Assembly: GCA_964449065.1 (NCBI GenBank)
Contig: CAYVAZ010000003.1
Span: forward strand, 1-47,516
Direction: 5' to 3'
DNA from: an uncultured bacterium
GTDB lineage: Bacteria; Hinthialibacterota; Hinthialibacteria; Hinthialibacterales; Hinthialibacteraceae
DNA length: 47,516 nucleotides
Each line of letters begins with the position of its first letter. Position 1 is the stretch's first letter. Shown here piece by piece: positions 1 through 8,685 of this stretch. Made by a program: the position numbers and the translations under genes. The notes below the pieces were generated by a model, which was not told the origin of the DNA, made no database searches, and saw only the letters and a list, made by a program, of their open reading frames with translations.

Positions 1-72
1 ATGACTGATCCCATTCATTTCATGTGGATGGTTAAGTTATCACCCATCATGTCAGACTTGATGAACTACTAG
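1..72. repeat. 72-nt interspersed repeat (family 1), copy 1, at the contig start
   Basis: Positions 1-72 match 39138-39209 at 67 of 72 positions, same orientation, hand-aligned. Similarity ends right after the shared ACTACTA(G/A). The window begins exactly at the repeat. Confidence 0.85.
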
Positions 73-105
73 TAACAAGTGACCAGAATTTTTGGAGGAT
101 TTATC

Positions 106-717
106 ATGTACAAAGTTATGCAGGCAATGCTGTTTGGAGTGGTATTAACAGGGTGTACTTCAGTGGCATACAAAGAGAAGTTTGACCGGATTGAACCCAA
201 GGGCGCTTCGGTCAATGCGCCGTTTGATGCGATGATCGCGAACGCGCAGCCGGGTGAGCCGTATATCGGTACGGTGTATTTCCCGTATGATGAGGCGGTG
301 TTATCCGAACAAGAGAAATTGCAAATCCGGTTAATGGCAAAGACCATCAATCGGTTGCAGGGACCGGTGATCGTTGCAGGACACGCGAGTTATGAGAATA
401 CGGATGAATACAACACCCGGCTGGGCTTTGAACGATCGCTGGCGGTGGCGCAATATCTTCGGGATGCCGGCGTTTGGGAAGACCGTTTGTATGTCAAGAG
501 TTTTGGAAAGTCGCGGCCTGCGGTAGACAATCATGATCCGGCTGCCAGAGCGGATAACCGCCGTGTAGAGGTGAGAATGCTGGCGCAAGGCGGCCGGATT
601 AGCGGGAAAGAAGCAGAAAAATTACAGCAGGCATTGCTGGTAGAAGAACAGCAGCAACAGGCATCGCCGATGATGGATTTGATGTCGCTGATGGGCGGCG
701 GTGGCGGGGGATTGTAG
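106..717 (+). CDS. OmpA-family peptidoglycan-binding lipoprotein (Pal-like)
   Basis: ORF track gives 79..717. I prefer ATG 106, six nt after GGAGGA (94-99). N-terminus MYKVMQAMLFGVVLTGC carries a lipobox. OmpA_C core: NTRLGFERSLAVAQYL ... DNRRVEVRM. Gln/Gly-rich tail. Confidence 0.85.
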   Translation: MYKVMQAMLFGVVLTGCTSVAYKEKFDRIEPKGASVNAPFDAMIANAQPGEPYIGTVYFPYDEAVLSEQEKLQIRLMAKTINRLQGPVIVAGHASYENTDEYNTRLGFERSLAVAQYLRDAGVWEDRLYVKSFGKSRPAVDNHDPAARADNRRVEVRMLAQGGRISGKEAEKLQQALLVEEQQQQASPMMDLMSLMGGGGGGL

Positions 718-778
718 AAAGCTCTTTGCGAGTCGCGGGCAGCCACGGCAATGCTGCCTGACAAAATAAAAGGATACG

Positions 779-2095
779 ATGATGAATGCGGTATTCGCAC
801 AACAAACTGAAATGAGAGTGGCGCCGAAGAACAACGTTTTAGATGTTCCGCAAATGTTGGAAGATACGGGCATCTCGAAGGCGTTTGTGTTTGATTTGAT
901 TCTCAAGCACTTGTACCGTTCGGGTGAATTGACGGGTACGGCAGTGGCGGAAAAATTATGTATCCCGTTTCCTATAGCCGATACGATTCTGGATGAAACG
1001 GTTTGGCGGAAATACAGCGAAAAACACGGCGGAAAGGGGATGGGAAACGCGTCGGATGTTTTTGGACTAACCGGCCGCGGGCGCGATTATGTGCGTGAGA
1101 TTCTGGATATCGACACCTATACCGGACCGGTGCCGGTACCGTTGGATCAATATTCAAACATGATATGCAGCAAGAAAGTTCGGCAATTCAACATCAGTGA
1201 AGAGTTGCTGCGCGAAGCCTGGCGCGATTTTGTTCTGGATGACGAAATCTTTTTGCAGATTGGCCCCGCGATGTGTTCGGGAAAATCGTGTTTTCTATAT
1301 GGGCCTCCAGGGACGGGAAAGAGCACGATCGCCAAGGCGATATCGAAGTATTTTGATCTTCACGGCGGGCATGTCCCGGTGCCGCATGCGGTATTGGTGG
1401 GCGGCAGTGTGATTCGGGTGTATGATCCGGTCTATCATCAGCCGGTGGAAGATGCCGCGGATGTTTCGGATACTTGGCTGACGAAACGGAAGCATGACCG
1501 CCGTTGGGTCATGTGCCACCGGCCGACCGTGACTGTGGGCGGCGAACTGACACTGGATATGCTGGATTTGCGTTACAATTCCACCACCAGATACTATGAA
1601 GCACCCTTGCAGATGAAGGCAAACGGCGGCGTGTTTGTGATTGATGACTTCGGACGGCAGATGGTAAAGCCGAAAGATTTGCTCAACCGCTGGATCGTTC
1701 CGCTGGAGGAACACATCGATTATTTGACGCTGCATACCGGGAAAAAATTTTCCATTCCGTTTGAGCAGATGGTGGCGTTCGCGACCAACTTGGACCCGCG
1801 GGAATTAACCGATGAAGCGTTTTTACGGAGGATTCGTTATAAAATATTTGTGGGGGAACTAACCGAGCAGGCGTACAAAAAGATTTTTATGGGGGAATGT
1901 AGAAAGAAAAACTTGGAATGCGAAGAATCTGAGTTGGAACGGTTTATCAAAAAATATTACCGGGAAAAGAAGAATTTGATGCGGGCTTGTGATCCCCGCG
2001 ATTTAACCGATGCCGCGCTGGATATCATCAGCTTCCGCCATTTGGATCAAATTGTGACCTGTGAGTTGTTGATGCATTTGTCGGGTGGAAAGTGA
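779..2095 (+). CDS. AAA+ ATPase with an N-terminal winged-helix-like domain, function unknown
   Basis: Walker A GPPGTGKST, Walker B GGVFVIDDFG, sensor-1 FATN, Arg-rich FLRRIRY. The first ~130 aa look like a wHTH module. Lies 61 nt downstream of the OmpA-like gene. Confidence 0.75.
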   Translation: MMNAVFAQQTEMRVAPKNNVLDVPQMLEDTGISKAFVFDLILKHLYRSGELTGTAVAEKLCIPFPIADTILDETVWRKYSEKHGGKGMGNASDVFGLTGRGRDYVREILDIDTYTGPVPVPLDQYSNMICSKKVRQFNISEELLREAWRDFVLDDEIFLQIGPAMCSGKSCFLYGPPGTGKSTIAKAISKYFDLHGGHVPVPHAVLVGGSVIRVYDPVYHQPVEDAADVSDTWLTKRKHDRRWVMCHRPTVTVGGELTLDMLDLRYNSTTRYYEAPLQMKANGGVFVIDDFGRQMVKPKDLLNRWIVPLEEHIDYLTLHTGKKFSIPFEQMVAFATNLDPRELTDEAFLRRIRYKIFVGELTEQAYKKIFMGECRKKNLECEESELERFIKKYYREKKNLMRACDPRDLTDAALDIISFRHLDQIVTCELLMHLSGGK

Positions 2096-2154
2096 TCATC
2101 TTGATGAAGAATCCACCGGCTTCAATCTTTCCATGACGATCAGGATTCCCGCGG

Positions 2155-2811
2155 TCAGGCGTCGGTCTGATTTTCCGGCGGACTCGTCAGGGTGACCAGT
2201 CTTCCTTGTATGTTGCAGGAGAAAAACCCATGATTCCGTCTGATCCATTCCAGGGTTGCCGGCTGATATAAAAACACATGTGTTGGATCTTTTATGTAGT
2301 ACCAGTCCCTCAATTCCATTCCGGGATTGTACAGACAGGTCATGCAGTATAGCCTACCCTGCGGCTTCAGGAGGCGCCTTAGCAATTGGAATTCTTTATC
2401 CGGCGCGTGAAAATGTTCAATCACCTCACAACAAACAATATAGTCGTACCGGTCTTCAAGCAATGCCGTATGGTTGTGGAAAAAGGGGTCGTATTGCACA
2501 ATCTGGAATCCCTTTTCACGCAATAACTTCGAGATGACCGGGCCGGTACCGGCCCCGAAATCCAGCCCCGAGCGATCCGGTGTAAAATCCCTCAAAACGG
2601 CTGAAACGATCGGCGAAACGAACGCTTGATACCTGGGATCATTCACATCGTTGTTGTGGGTTTCATACCGGGCTTTTTCCTGATCAAGCTCCGGCAGATA
2701 CCGCACATGACGAAAATATCCCCGGCACTCACCGCACAGCAGAAATTCCGTTCCCGAAACCCAATCCCCCGTATTGCGGCACAAAGGGCACACTCTATCG
2801 TTTATGCACAT
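2155..2811 (-). CDS. Class I SAM-dependent methyltransferase with N-terminal Cys4 zinc ribbon
   Basis: CPLC...CGEC zinc-ribbon motif, then SAM motif I LDFGAGTG and an acidic post-I residue. Confidence 0.75.
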   Translation of the reverse strand: MCINDRVCPLCRNTGDWVSGTEFLLCGECRGYFRHVRYLPELDQEKARYETHNNDVNDPRYQAFVSPIVSAVLRDFTPDRSGLDFGAGTGPVISKLLREKGFQIVQYDPFFHNHTALLEDRYDYIVCCEVIEHFHAPDKEFQLLRRLLKPQGRLYCMTCLYNPGMELRDWYYIKDPTHVFLYQPATLEWIRRNHGFFSCNIQGRLVTLTSPPENQTDA

Positions 2812-2858
2812 AGCGCGGTCGTCTTATCCTTTAGATGTACAAGATTGATTCTTTGTTT

Positions 2859-3389
2859 TCAGGTTTTCCTTCCAAGAATTTTTTCATGAATTTCCAAATC
2901 GTGCCCGCTGTACAACACAAACCGCACCTTCTTGACGGATTTTAGATTTGGAACGGCTTGTAAGATGGTTGCGAATGCCGTTTCGGCCGCGTCTTCCATG
3001 GGATACCCGAAAGCGCCTGTTGAAATTGCCGGAAACGCGATTGATCCAATCGTATGTTCTTCGGCAAGCCGCAACGCATTGCGGTAGCAATTCCTCAACA
3101 GTTCATCTTCCGGTTTGTCTACCCCATAGATCGGCCCCAAACAGTGTATGACATACCGGTTGGGCAGATTGTGTGCTTTCGTGATAACCGCCTCCCCTGG
3201 TTTTATAGGCGCGAATGGACGACATTCTTCCGCAAGCCCGGGTCCCGCGGCACGGTGGATGGCGCCGGCCACACCTCCGCCGATCATGAGTTGAGCGTTT
3301 GCGGCATTGACAACCGCGGTCATCCCTGTTTGCGAAGCGATATCTCCTCTGACACACTCGATCTCAACTCCCGATATTGTTTTACGCAT
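2859..3389 (-). CDS. Macro domain protein (ADP-ribose binding, O-acetyl-ADP-ribose deacetylase type)
   Basis: GDI...AVVNAANAQLMIGGGVAGAIHRAAGP and SIAFPAISTGAFGYP are classic macro-domain motifs. Confidence 0.85.
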   Translation of the reverse strand: MRKTISGVEIECVRGDIASQTGMTAVVNAANAQLMIGGGVAGAIHRAAGPGLAEECRPFAPIKPGEAVITKAHNLPNRYVIHCLGPIYGVDKPEDELLRNCYRNALRLAEEHTIGSIAFPAISTGAFGYPMEDAAETAFATILQAVPNLKSVKKVRFVLYSGHDLEIHEKILGRKT

Positions 3390-3821
3390 AATCGAATCCC
3401 ATCCTATGTTTGTTGAACCACTCCATGGCTGACGTTGAGAAGGGAAATGCTTACTTCGTGGAGAGGGCGATCACCGGAATTTTTCCGCTTCCCGTCGGCT
3501 GGAAATGATAATACCAAGTTGCAGTGAAAATAGTATTTATGCTTGCCTTACTCTTGCAGGGGATGCCCTCCACGGCTGCCCTGCTGTGGGGTAACCTCTG
3601 GGGGTTACACAAAATAAACGATGGAAAAACTCACGTTCGTTTTGCGGTCCGGCATAAGAAGCAGGCAGCAGGAGGAAAAGAATTGTGAAAAAGAAACCAT
3701 CATAACGATGCGCGAAATGCGGCCTTTGCGGTATGGCGCGGCGTTTCTGTATGCACACAAAACGCCAAAGAAGTTTGAAGGCATTCCGTTTAGGACTCAT
3801 TACCGCAAACGCTCAGCCTGA

Positions 3822-4256
3822 TTACACTTCATCCTCCAGCGGCCTCCGCCCCGCGTACCCCGCATCCAAATGATGCCAATGCGTAATCCGGTCGCCGTCT
3901 TCCAATTCATAACACAAAAACACTTCTTCCCCCAGCACATATCCCGGAAAATCAATCAGTCCCCTGCCGACATCCTGGATCACAATGCCCGCGTCAGATA
4001 TCTCCGCCAGCAATTTGTTGATTTCCGCTTTAATTTCTTCCTGCGACCGTGTCTTCGGTGTATGGCTCTTCCCGTTCTGTGAACCGTTTGTCCCGGCAGC
4101 CTCCACGTTTGGAAACAGTGGAATCACCTTCCCCTTCGGCTTCGATAACGACTGCCCTTCCTCAATCAGCGAATGAATCCGGTGAAAAATATCCTGCACC
4201 CAGGGAATCAACCGGTTGGCTTCTTCCACAGTAAAGTGCTTGTCAAAATACGGCAT
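3822..4256 (-). CDS. DUF2203 family protein
   Basis: N-terminal FTVEEANRLIPWV and C-terminal LIDFPG...VFLCYELEDGDRITHWHHLDAGYAGRRPL match the DUF2203 pattern as I remember it. Confidence 0.65.
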   Translation of the reverse strand: MPYFDKHFTVEEANRLIPWVQDIFHRIHSLIEEGQSLSKPKGKVIPLFPNVEAAGTNGSQNGKSHTPKTRSQEEIKAEINKLLAEISDAGIVIQDVGRGLIDFPGYVLGEEVFLCYELEDGDRITHWHHLDAGYAGRRPLEDEV

Positions 4257-4265
4257 ACGACTCTC

Positions 4266-4820
4266 TCACGACAGTTGATTTTGTAAATGAAGATCATAAA
4301 GATAAAACGCGTTTAACACGAGGGCATGAGAAATGATCCCGTTTCGCACCAACTCCGGCACATCATCATACGCAATCAGTTCCACATCAATATCTTCGCC
4401 GTCATCCAGTTCCTGCTCTTTCACTTTTTTCACATTGGTTGCCGCGAAAATATGCAGGCTGTTATTGAGGATCGCCGGATTGGGATGCACCGATCCCAGC
4501 GGAATGATCTCATCCGAATCATAGCCCGTTTCTTCCACCAGTTCACGACGGGCGCCGCTTGCAAAGGATTCGTCCTCAACATCCGCCAATCCCCCCGGCA
4601 CTTCCAGCGTAAAGTCCTCCAGCCCAAAGCGGTATTGCTTCACCATTACGACTTGATTGCCGGAAGTTACCGGAACAATATTCAGCCAAGACCGGCTCTC
4701 CAGCACAAAGGCATTCAGTTCTTTACCGGTCCGGGGAGAAACCAGCACATCGGTACGCAGTTGAAACACCGGAGTCGCTTGCAGAACCCGGGTTGATTTT
4801 TTATTCCATTTTTCCGGCAT
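4266..4820 (-). CDS. NUDIX hydrolase, ADP-ribose pyrophosphatase-like
   Basis: Nudix box GGLADVEDESFASGARRELVEETGY. Overall layout resembles NudF/ADPRase. Lies 9 nt from the DUF2203 gene. Confidence 0.8.
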   Translation of the reverse strand: MPEKWNKKSTRVLQATPVFQLRTDVLVSPRTGKELNAFVLESRSWLNIVPVTSGNQVVMVKQYRFGLEDFTLEVPGGLADVEDESFASGARRELVEETGYDSDEIIPLGSVHPNPAILNNSLHIFAATNVKKVKEQELDDGEDIDVELIAYDDVPELVRNGIISHALVLNAFYLYDLHLQNQLS

Positions 4821-4833
4821 GAAAATTTCTTTC

Positions 4834-5697
4834 TTATTGTATCTGGCGTTGCGCGGCTTTTAGCGTATTGCACAGCAACATCGCGATCGTCATCGGTCCT
4901 GGCCCGCCGGGCGAAGGGCTCAGATACCCCGCGATATCCATGGCCGCGTCTTTATCCACATCGCCTACTTGTTTGAATTTCCCATTGATGTCTTCAAAGC
5001 TGATTCCCACATCAATCACCGCCGCGCCCGGTTTAATCCAATCGCCTTTCACCATTCGCTTTTGTCCGGCCGCCGCGATCAAAATATCCGCCCGACGGCA
5101 TTCCGCCGCCAAATCCACCGTCCGCGAATGGCAGCAGGTAACGGTCGCATGCTCCCGCAGCAATAACTGCACCATCGGCTTGCCCACGATATTGCTGCGT
5201 CCAATCACAACCGCCTGCTTTCCCGACAGTTCTATATTCGACCGCTTTAACAGTTCGATCACCCCCAATGGGGTGCAGGGAACCAAACTATCCCGCCCCA
5301 CCGAAAGCAATCCCACATTGACGGGATGAAATCCATCCACATCCTTCTCCGGGACAATCCGGTCCAGTACGGTATGATGATCCATCCCCTCCGGCAAAGG
5401 CAGCTGCACCAATATCCCGTGTATGGTTTTGTCTTGATTGAGGCTGTCTATGAGTTGCAGCAATTCTTCTTGCGAAGTCGATTCGTTCAGCGTATGCTGC
5501 ACCGATTTCATTCCCACTTCTACACACGCTTTTCCTTTGTTGCGAACATATACCTTCGAAGCCGGATTCTCACCCACCAAGATCACCGCCAGCCCCGGTT
5601 GAACCTGACTCGCGGCCTGAAAACCATGTACCGCTTGACTCAATTCGTTCCGGATGGTTTTAGCCAAAGCCTTCCCATCCAATATTTGCGCAGTCAT
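4834..5697 (-). CDS. folD: Bifunctional methylenetetrahydrofolate dehydrogenase/methenyl-THF cyclohydrolase
   Basis: MTAQILDGKALAK..., PASKVYVRNK, HGILVQLPLP and VVIGRSNIVGKP are FolD hallmarks. Confidence 0.95.
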   Translation of the reverse strand: MTAQILDGKALAKTIRNELSQAVHGFQAASQVQPGLAVILVGENPASKVYVRNKGKACVEVGMKSVQHTLNESTSQEELLQLIDSLNQDKTIHGILVQLPLPEGMDHHTVLDRIVPEKDVDGFHPVNVGLLSVGRDSLVPCTPLGVIELLKRSNIELSGKQAVVIGRSNIVGKPMVQLLLREHATVTCCHSRTVDLAAECRRADILIAAAGQKRMVKGDWIKPGAAVIDVGISFEDINGKFKQVGDVDKDAAMDIAGYLSPSPGGPGPMTIAMLLCNTLKAAQRQIQ

Positions 5698-5726
5698 AAA
5701 GAATCCCTAATCCCTAATCTCTGCCT

Positions 5727-7028
5727 TTACACTTCATCTCCAATTGAAAACAACAAATCCGCCTCAGCCACCACTTTGCCGTTCACCCGAATCACACTGG
5801 ACGCTTTCCCAACCCGCTGCCGAAACCGTGTAATCGTCGTCTCGATCAACATCTGGTCACCCGGCACAACTTTCTGGCGGATACGGGCTTTTTCCACGCC
5901 AACCAAATACGCCATCTTCCCGCGGTTTTCGTCCATCGTTAACAGCAAGATTCCCCCGGTTTGTGCCATCGCTTCAATTTGCAATACACCCGGCATGACC
6001 GCCTCTTGCGGAAAGTGGCCGTTAAAGAAGTGCTCGTTATTTGTCACATTTTTAATCGCCGTTACACGCTTTTCCGAATAATCAATATCGGTTACCCGGT
6101 CAATCAACAAAAATGGATACCGGTGCGGAAGTATTTTTTTGATATCCAAAGCGGATAATGGCAGTTTGGGAGTATCGCTGGTAATTTCACCGTTTAGCGT
6201 TTCCAACACCTTCTGTACAAACCGAATGTTAAACGCGTGGCCGGACCGCACGGCTATAATATGGCCTTTGATCGGTTTGCCCAACAACGTGAGGTCACCG
6301 ATCACATCCAATATTTTATGGCGAACGATCTCATCATTAAACCGCAGTTCTTCATTCAAAAAGTCATGTTCGCCGATCACGATGGCATTGTCTAAACTGC
6401 CCCCTTTTATGATCCCCTTTTGCCGAAGAAGATCCACATCCTTTAAAAAACAAAACGTCCGAGCCGGCGCGATCTTCTCGGCGAAAATCTCATCGGTAAT
6501 CAAAAACGACGCCGAACGAATTCCCACCGCCGGATGATCATAATCAATTTTATACGTCACTTCCAACCGTTTGGATGGAATAATCGCAAGTTCCAAACCG
6601 TCTTCAAACAACCAAATCGGTTGCTTCACTTCAATAAAATTCTTTGGCTTGTCCAGTGTTACAATCCCCGCCCGCTGGATCGCCTTAACAAACACCAGCG
6701 AACTCCCGTCGCAGATGGGCGGCTCACTGGATGACAGTTCCATCAAGATGTTGTCCACCCCCATGCCGTGGCAGGCCGCCAATACGTGTTCCACCGTAAA
6801 AATCCGCTCGTCCCCGCTGCCCAACGCGGTCATGAACAACGATTCTTCCAAACGGGCGTTCTTCGCTTTGACTTCTATAACCGGTTTCCCCGGCAAATCG
6901 CTGCGCACAAACCGAATTCCCGTATCCGATTCCGCCGGTTTGAGCGTAATTGAGGTCTCTTGACCGGTATGCAAACCGATCCCCTTAATGGTTTCCTCAC
7001 CGCCTATTGTTTTTTGGAAATCAACCAT
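5727..7028 (-). CDS. lpxC/fabZ: Bifunctional UDP-3-O-acyl-GlcNAc deacetylase / 3-hydroxyacyl-ACP dehydratase (LpxC-FabZ fusion)
   Basis: N-terminal LpxC region (TIKGIGLHTGQ..., TVEHVLAA, HKILDVIGDL). C-terminal FabZ hot-dog region (ILPHRYPFLLIDRV, NEHFFNGHFP...PGVL). Confidence 0.93.
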   Translation of the reverse strand: MVDFQKTIGGEETIKGIGLHTGQETSITLKPAESDTGIRFVRSDLPGKPVIEVKAKNARLEESLFMTALGSGDERIFTVEHVLAACHGMGVDNILMELSSSEPPICDGSSLVFVKAIQRAGIVTLDKPKNFIEVKQPIWLFEDGLELAIIPSKRLEVTYKIDYDHPAVGIRSASFLITDEIFAEKIAPARTFCFLKDVDLLRQKGIIKGGSLDNAIVIGEHDFLNEELRFNDEIVRHKILDVIGDLTLLGKPIKGHIIAVRSGHAFNIRFVQKVLETLNGEITSDTPKLPLSALDIKKILPHRYPFLLIDRVTDIDYSEKRVTAIKNVTNNEHFFNGHFPQEAVMPGVLQIEAMAQTGGILLLTMDENRGKMAYLVGVEKARIRQKVVPGDQMLIETTITRFRQRVGKASSVIRVNGKVVAEADLLFSIGDEV

Positions 7029-7042
7029 TTCTCATTCTTCTT

Positions 7043-8032
7043 CTATTGCAAATTGGATTCAATATCATCAATTCGTTTTAACAACTTCGGTATGCGTGCC
7101 AGATTGGCTTTCAGCCGCTTTTCTTCACCATGCGGTTTTGCCGGCACCCCCCAGTAAGTAGAATCGGCTGGCATATTGGTTTCCACCAAACTTTTCGCGC
7201 CCACCCGCGCACGGTCTCCCACGTGAATCCCACCTGAAATCACCACTTGGCCGGCAATGGTCACCCGCTCCCCCAACCGCACGCCGTCGCACAGCGTTAC
7301 CTGCGCGACAATAATGCAATGCTCACCAATGCGGACTCCCTTGCCGATTTGTACAAGGTTGTCGATTTTCGTGCCGGATTGGATTTGGGTCGGGTTTTGA
7401 TCGTTGCCCGCTATCACAACATTGGCGCCCAATTCAATATCATCTTCCAATACCACAGGAGCTTTTTGTCCGCTGCCGACTGCCCGTCCCGATGATCCGG
7501 TACGGCATCCCGCATGAAGAATTGTTCGGTTGCCTATTTGGCAGTGGTTATATACCGAAACATTCGAATACAGGGTGCACTCTTCTCCGATCACAACGCC
7601 GGTCCCGATATAACACCCCGGATAGACTACGGTACGGTCTCCGATCTTACACCCGGATTCAATCACCGAATGCGCCATGATCGTTATGTCTTGCCCCAAC
7701 TCCACATCCTCCGCCACAAAGGCTTTCGGGTGCACTCCGCAGGAGGTCTTGCGGTCTTTGTCATGAAACAGGTTCAACGCGTTCGTGAAGGTGAGATAGG
7801 GATTGGACGAACGCAATACCGGTCGAAAATCGGTTTCCAAATCGTTGGGAACAATCAGGGCGGATGCCTGCGATTGTGAAATCAAAGGCACATATTTCGG
7901 GTTAGCAACGAAAGACAATTCACCCGGGTTGGCTTTGTTGATTTCCGCCAAGCCGGAAATAGAAACCGATCCATCGCCTTCATAGGGGACTTGCAATGCC
8001 GCGCTGAGCTCAGCGAGGGTTAATGACGGCAC
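7043..8032 (-). CDS. lpxD: UDP-3-O-acylglucosamine N-acyltransferase
   Basis: Left-handed beta-helix hexapeptide repeats and an LpxD-type N-terminus. GTG start. Lies 14 nt from lpxC/fabZ. Confidence 0.9.
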   Translation of the reverse strand: MPSLTLAELSAALQVPYEGDGSVSISGLAEINKANPGELSFVANPKYVPLISQSQASALIVPNDLETDFRPVLRSSNPYLTFTNALNLFHDKDRKTSCGVHPKAFVAEDVELGQDITIMAHSVIESGCKIGDRTVVYPGCYIGTGVVIGEECTLYSNVSVYNHCQIGNRTILHAGCRTGSSGRAVGSGQKAPVVLEDDIELGANVVIAGNDQNPTQIQSGTKIDNLVQIGKGVRIGEHCIIVAQVTLCDGVRLGERVTIAGQVVISGGIHVGDRARVGAKSLVETNMPADSTYWGVPAKPHGEEKRLKANLARIPKLLKRIDDIESNLQ

Positions 8033-8056
8033 AATAAATTTGCTCCTAATACTAAA

Positions 8057-8593
8057 TCAACGCAACTTGTCTAACTCATCAATAATATTTTGAGTTAGAT
8101 CATATTTTTCATCCACATACGCCATATTTTTTCGTTTAAAAATAAAATCATATCCATTGTTTCTCGCGAACTGTTGAATGGTTGTATTCAATTCATCCAA
8201 GATGGGTTGCGTCCCTTCTTGTTCGAGGGTTTTTATATTTTCTTCCATTTCCCGCAGTTCGGCAATCATCCCCCGCTGCTTTTCCTGCAAATCCACCCGC
8301 TTTTGCAACGCCGCTTGCTCATCCATCATATCTTTTTGTACGTTAAAATTTTCCACTTCGCTGCGGAATTCTTCCTCCAGCTGATTTCGCTTCAACAAGT
8401 AGGCATCGGTTTCCTCTTTCAATTTTTCCTGCAATTCCTGCACCCGGTCATAATTGTCAAAAATTTCTTCCACAAAAACAGATCCGAATTTAACCGAATC
8501 GTTCTGCGATTTGACCGGTGCCGACACCCAAAATGCCGTGACACCCAACAACAAGGCGATCAAGAAAAACACGCTGTATCCATTACGTTTCAT
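8057..8593 (-). CDS. skp: OmpH/Skp periplasmic chaperone
   Basis: Signal peptide, then a long coiled-coil rich in E/K/Q. Sits in the canonical position between bamA and lpxD. Confidence 0.85.
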   Translation of the reverse strand: MKRNGYSVFFLIALLLGVTAFWVSAPVKSQNDSVKFGSVFVEEIFDNYDRVQELQEKLKEETDAYLLKRNQLEEEFRSEVENFNVQKDMMDEQAALQKRVDLQEKQRGMIAELREMEENIKTLEQEGTQPILDELNTTIQQFARNNGYDFIFKRKNMAYVDEKYDLTQNIIDELDKLR

Positions 8594-8685
8594 GAAGTAC
8601 CTCCAACAGAATGTAAACGATCATTGTAACAAATTGTGCCAAAAAAAACAGCCTTGAATACCGGCATGGCTTTGCTTCCACAAGA

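Noticed and set aside
1-72. Both copies of family 1 keep an intact 23-codon ORF (MTDPIHFMWMVKLSPIMSDLMNY and MTDPTRFMWMVKLSPIMSALMHY), which suggests a conserved micro-protein.
   Set aside because: All four differences within codons are non-synonymous, and the fifth changes TAG to TAA. There is no Shine-Dalgarno upstream of copy 2. The pattern gives no sign of purifying selection on a peptide, so a nucleotide-level repeat is more parsimonious.
3636-3672. GCGGTCCGGCATAAGAAGCAGGCAGC resembles the SRP RNA helix 8 motif GGUCCGGAAGGAAGCAGC.
   Set aside because: The GNAR tetraloop and closing pairs are not reproduced. I could not find complementary 5'/3' strands to form the SRP hairpin.
5326-6081. 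Long antisense ORFs appear in the track, for example 5326..6081 (251 aa), 9505..10074, 25210..25848, 26248..26757, 44019..44588 and 39284..39814.
   Set aside because: Each lies fully inside a strongly supported gene on the opposite strand. Each has low-complexity or Arg/Pro/Ser-skewed composition and no recognisable motifs, so they are shadow ORFs.
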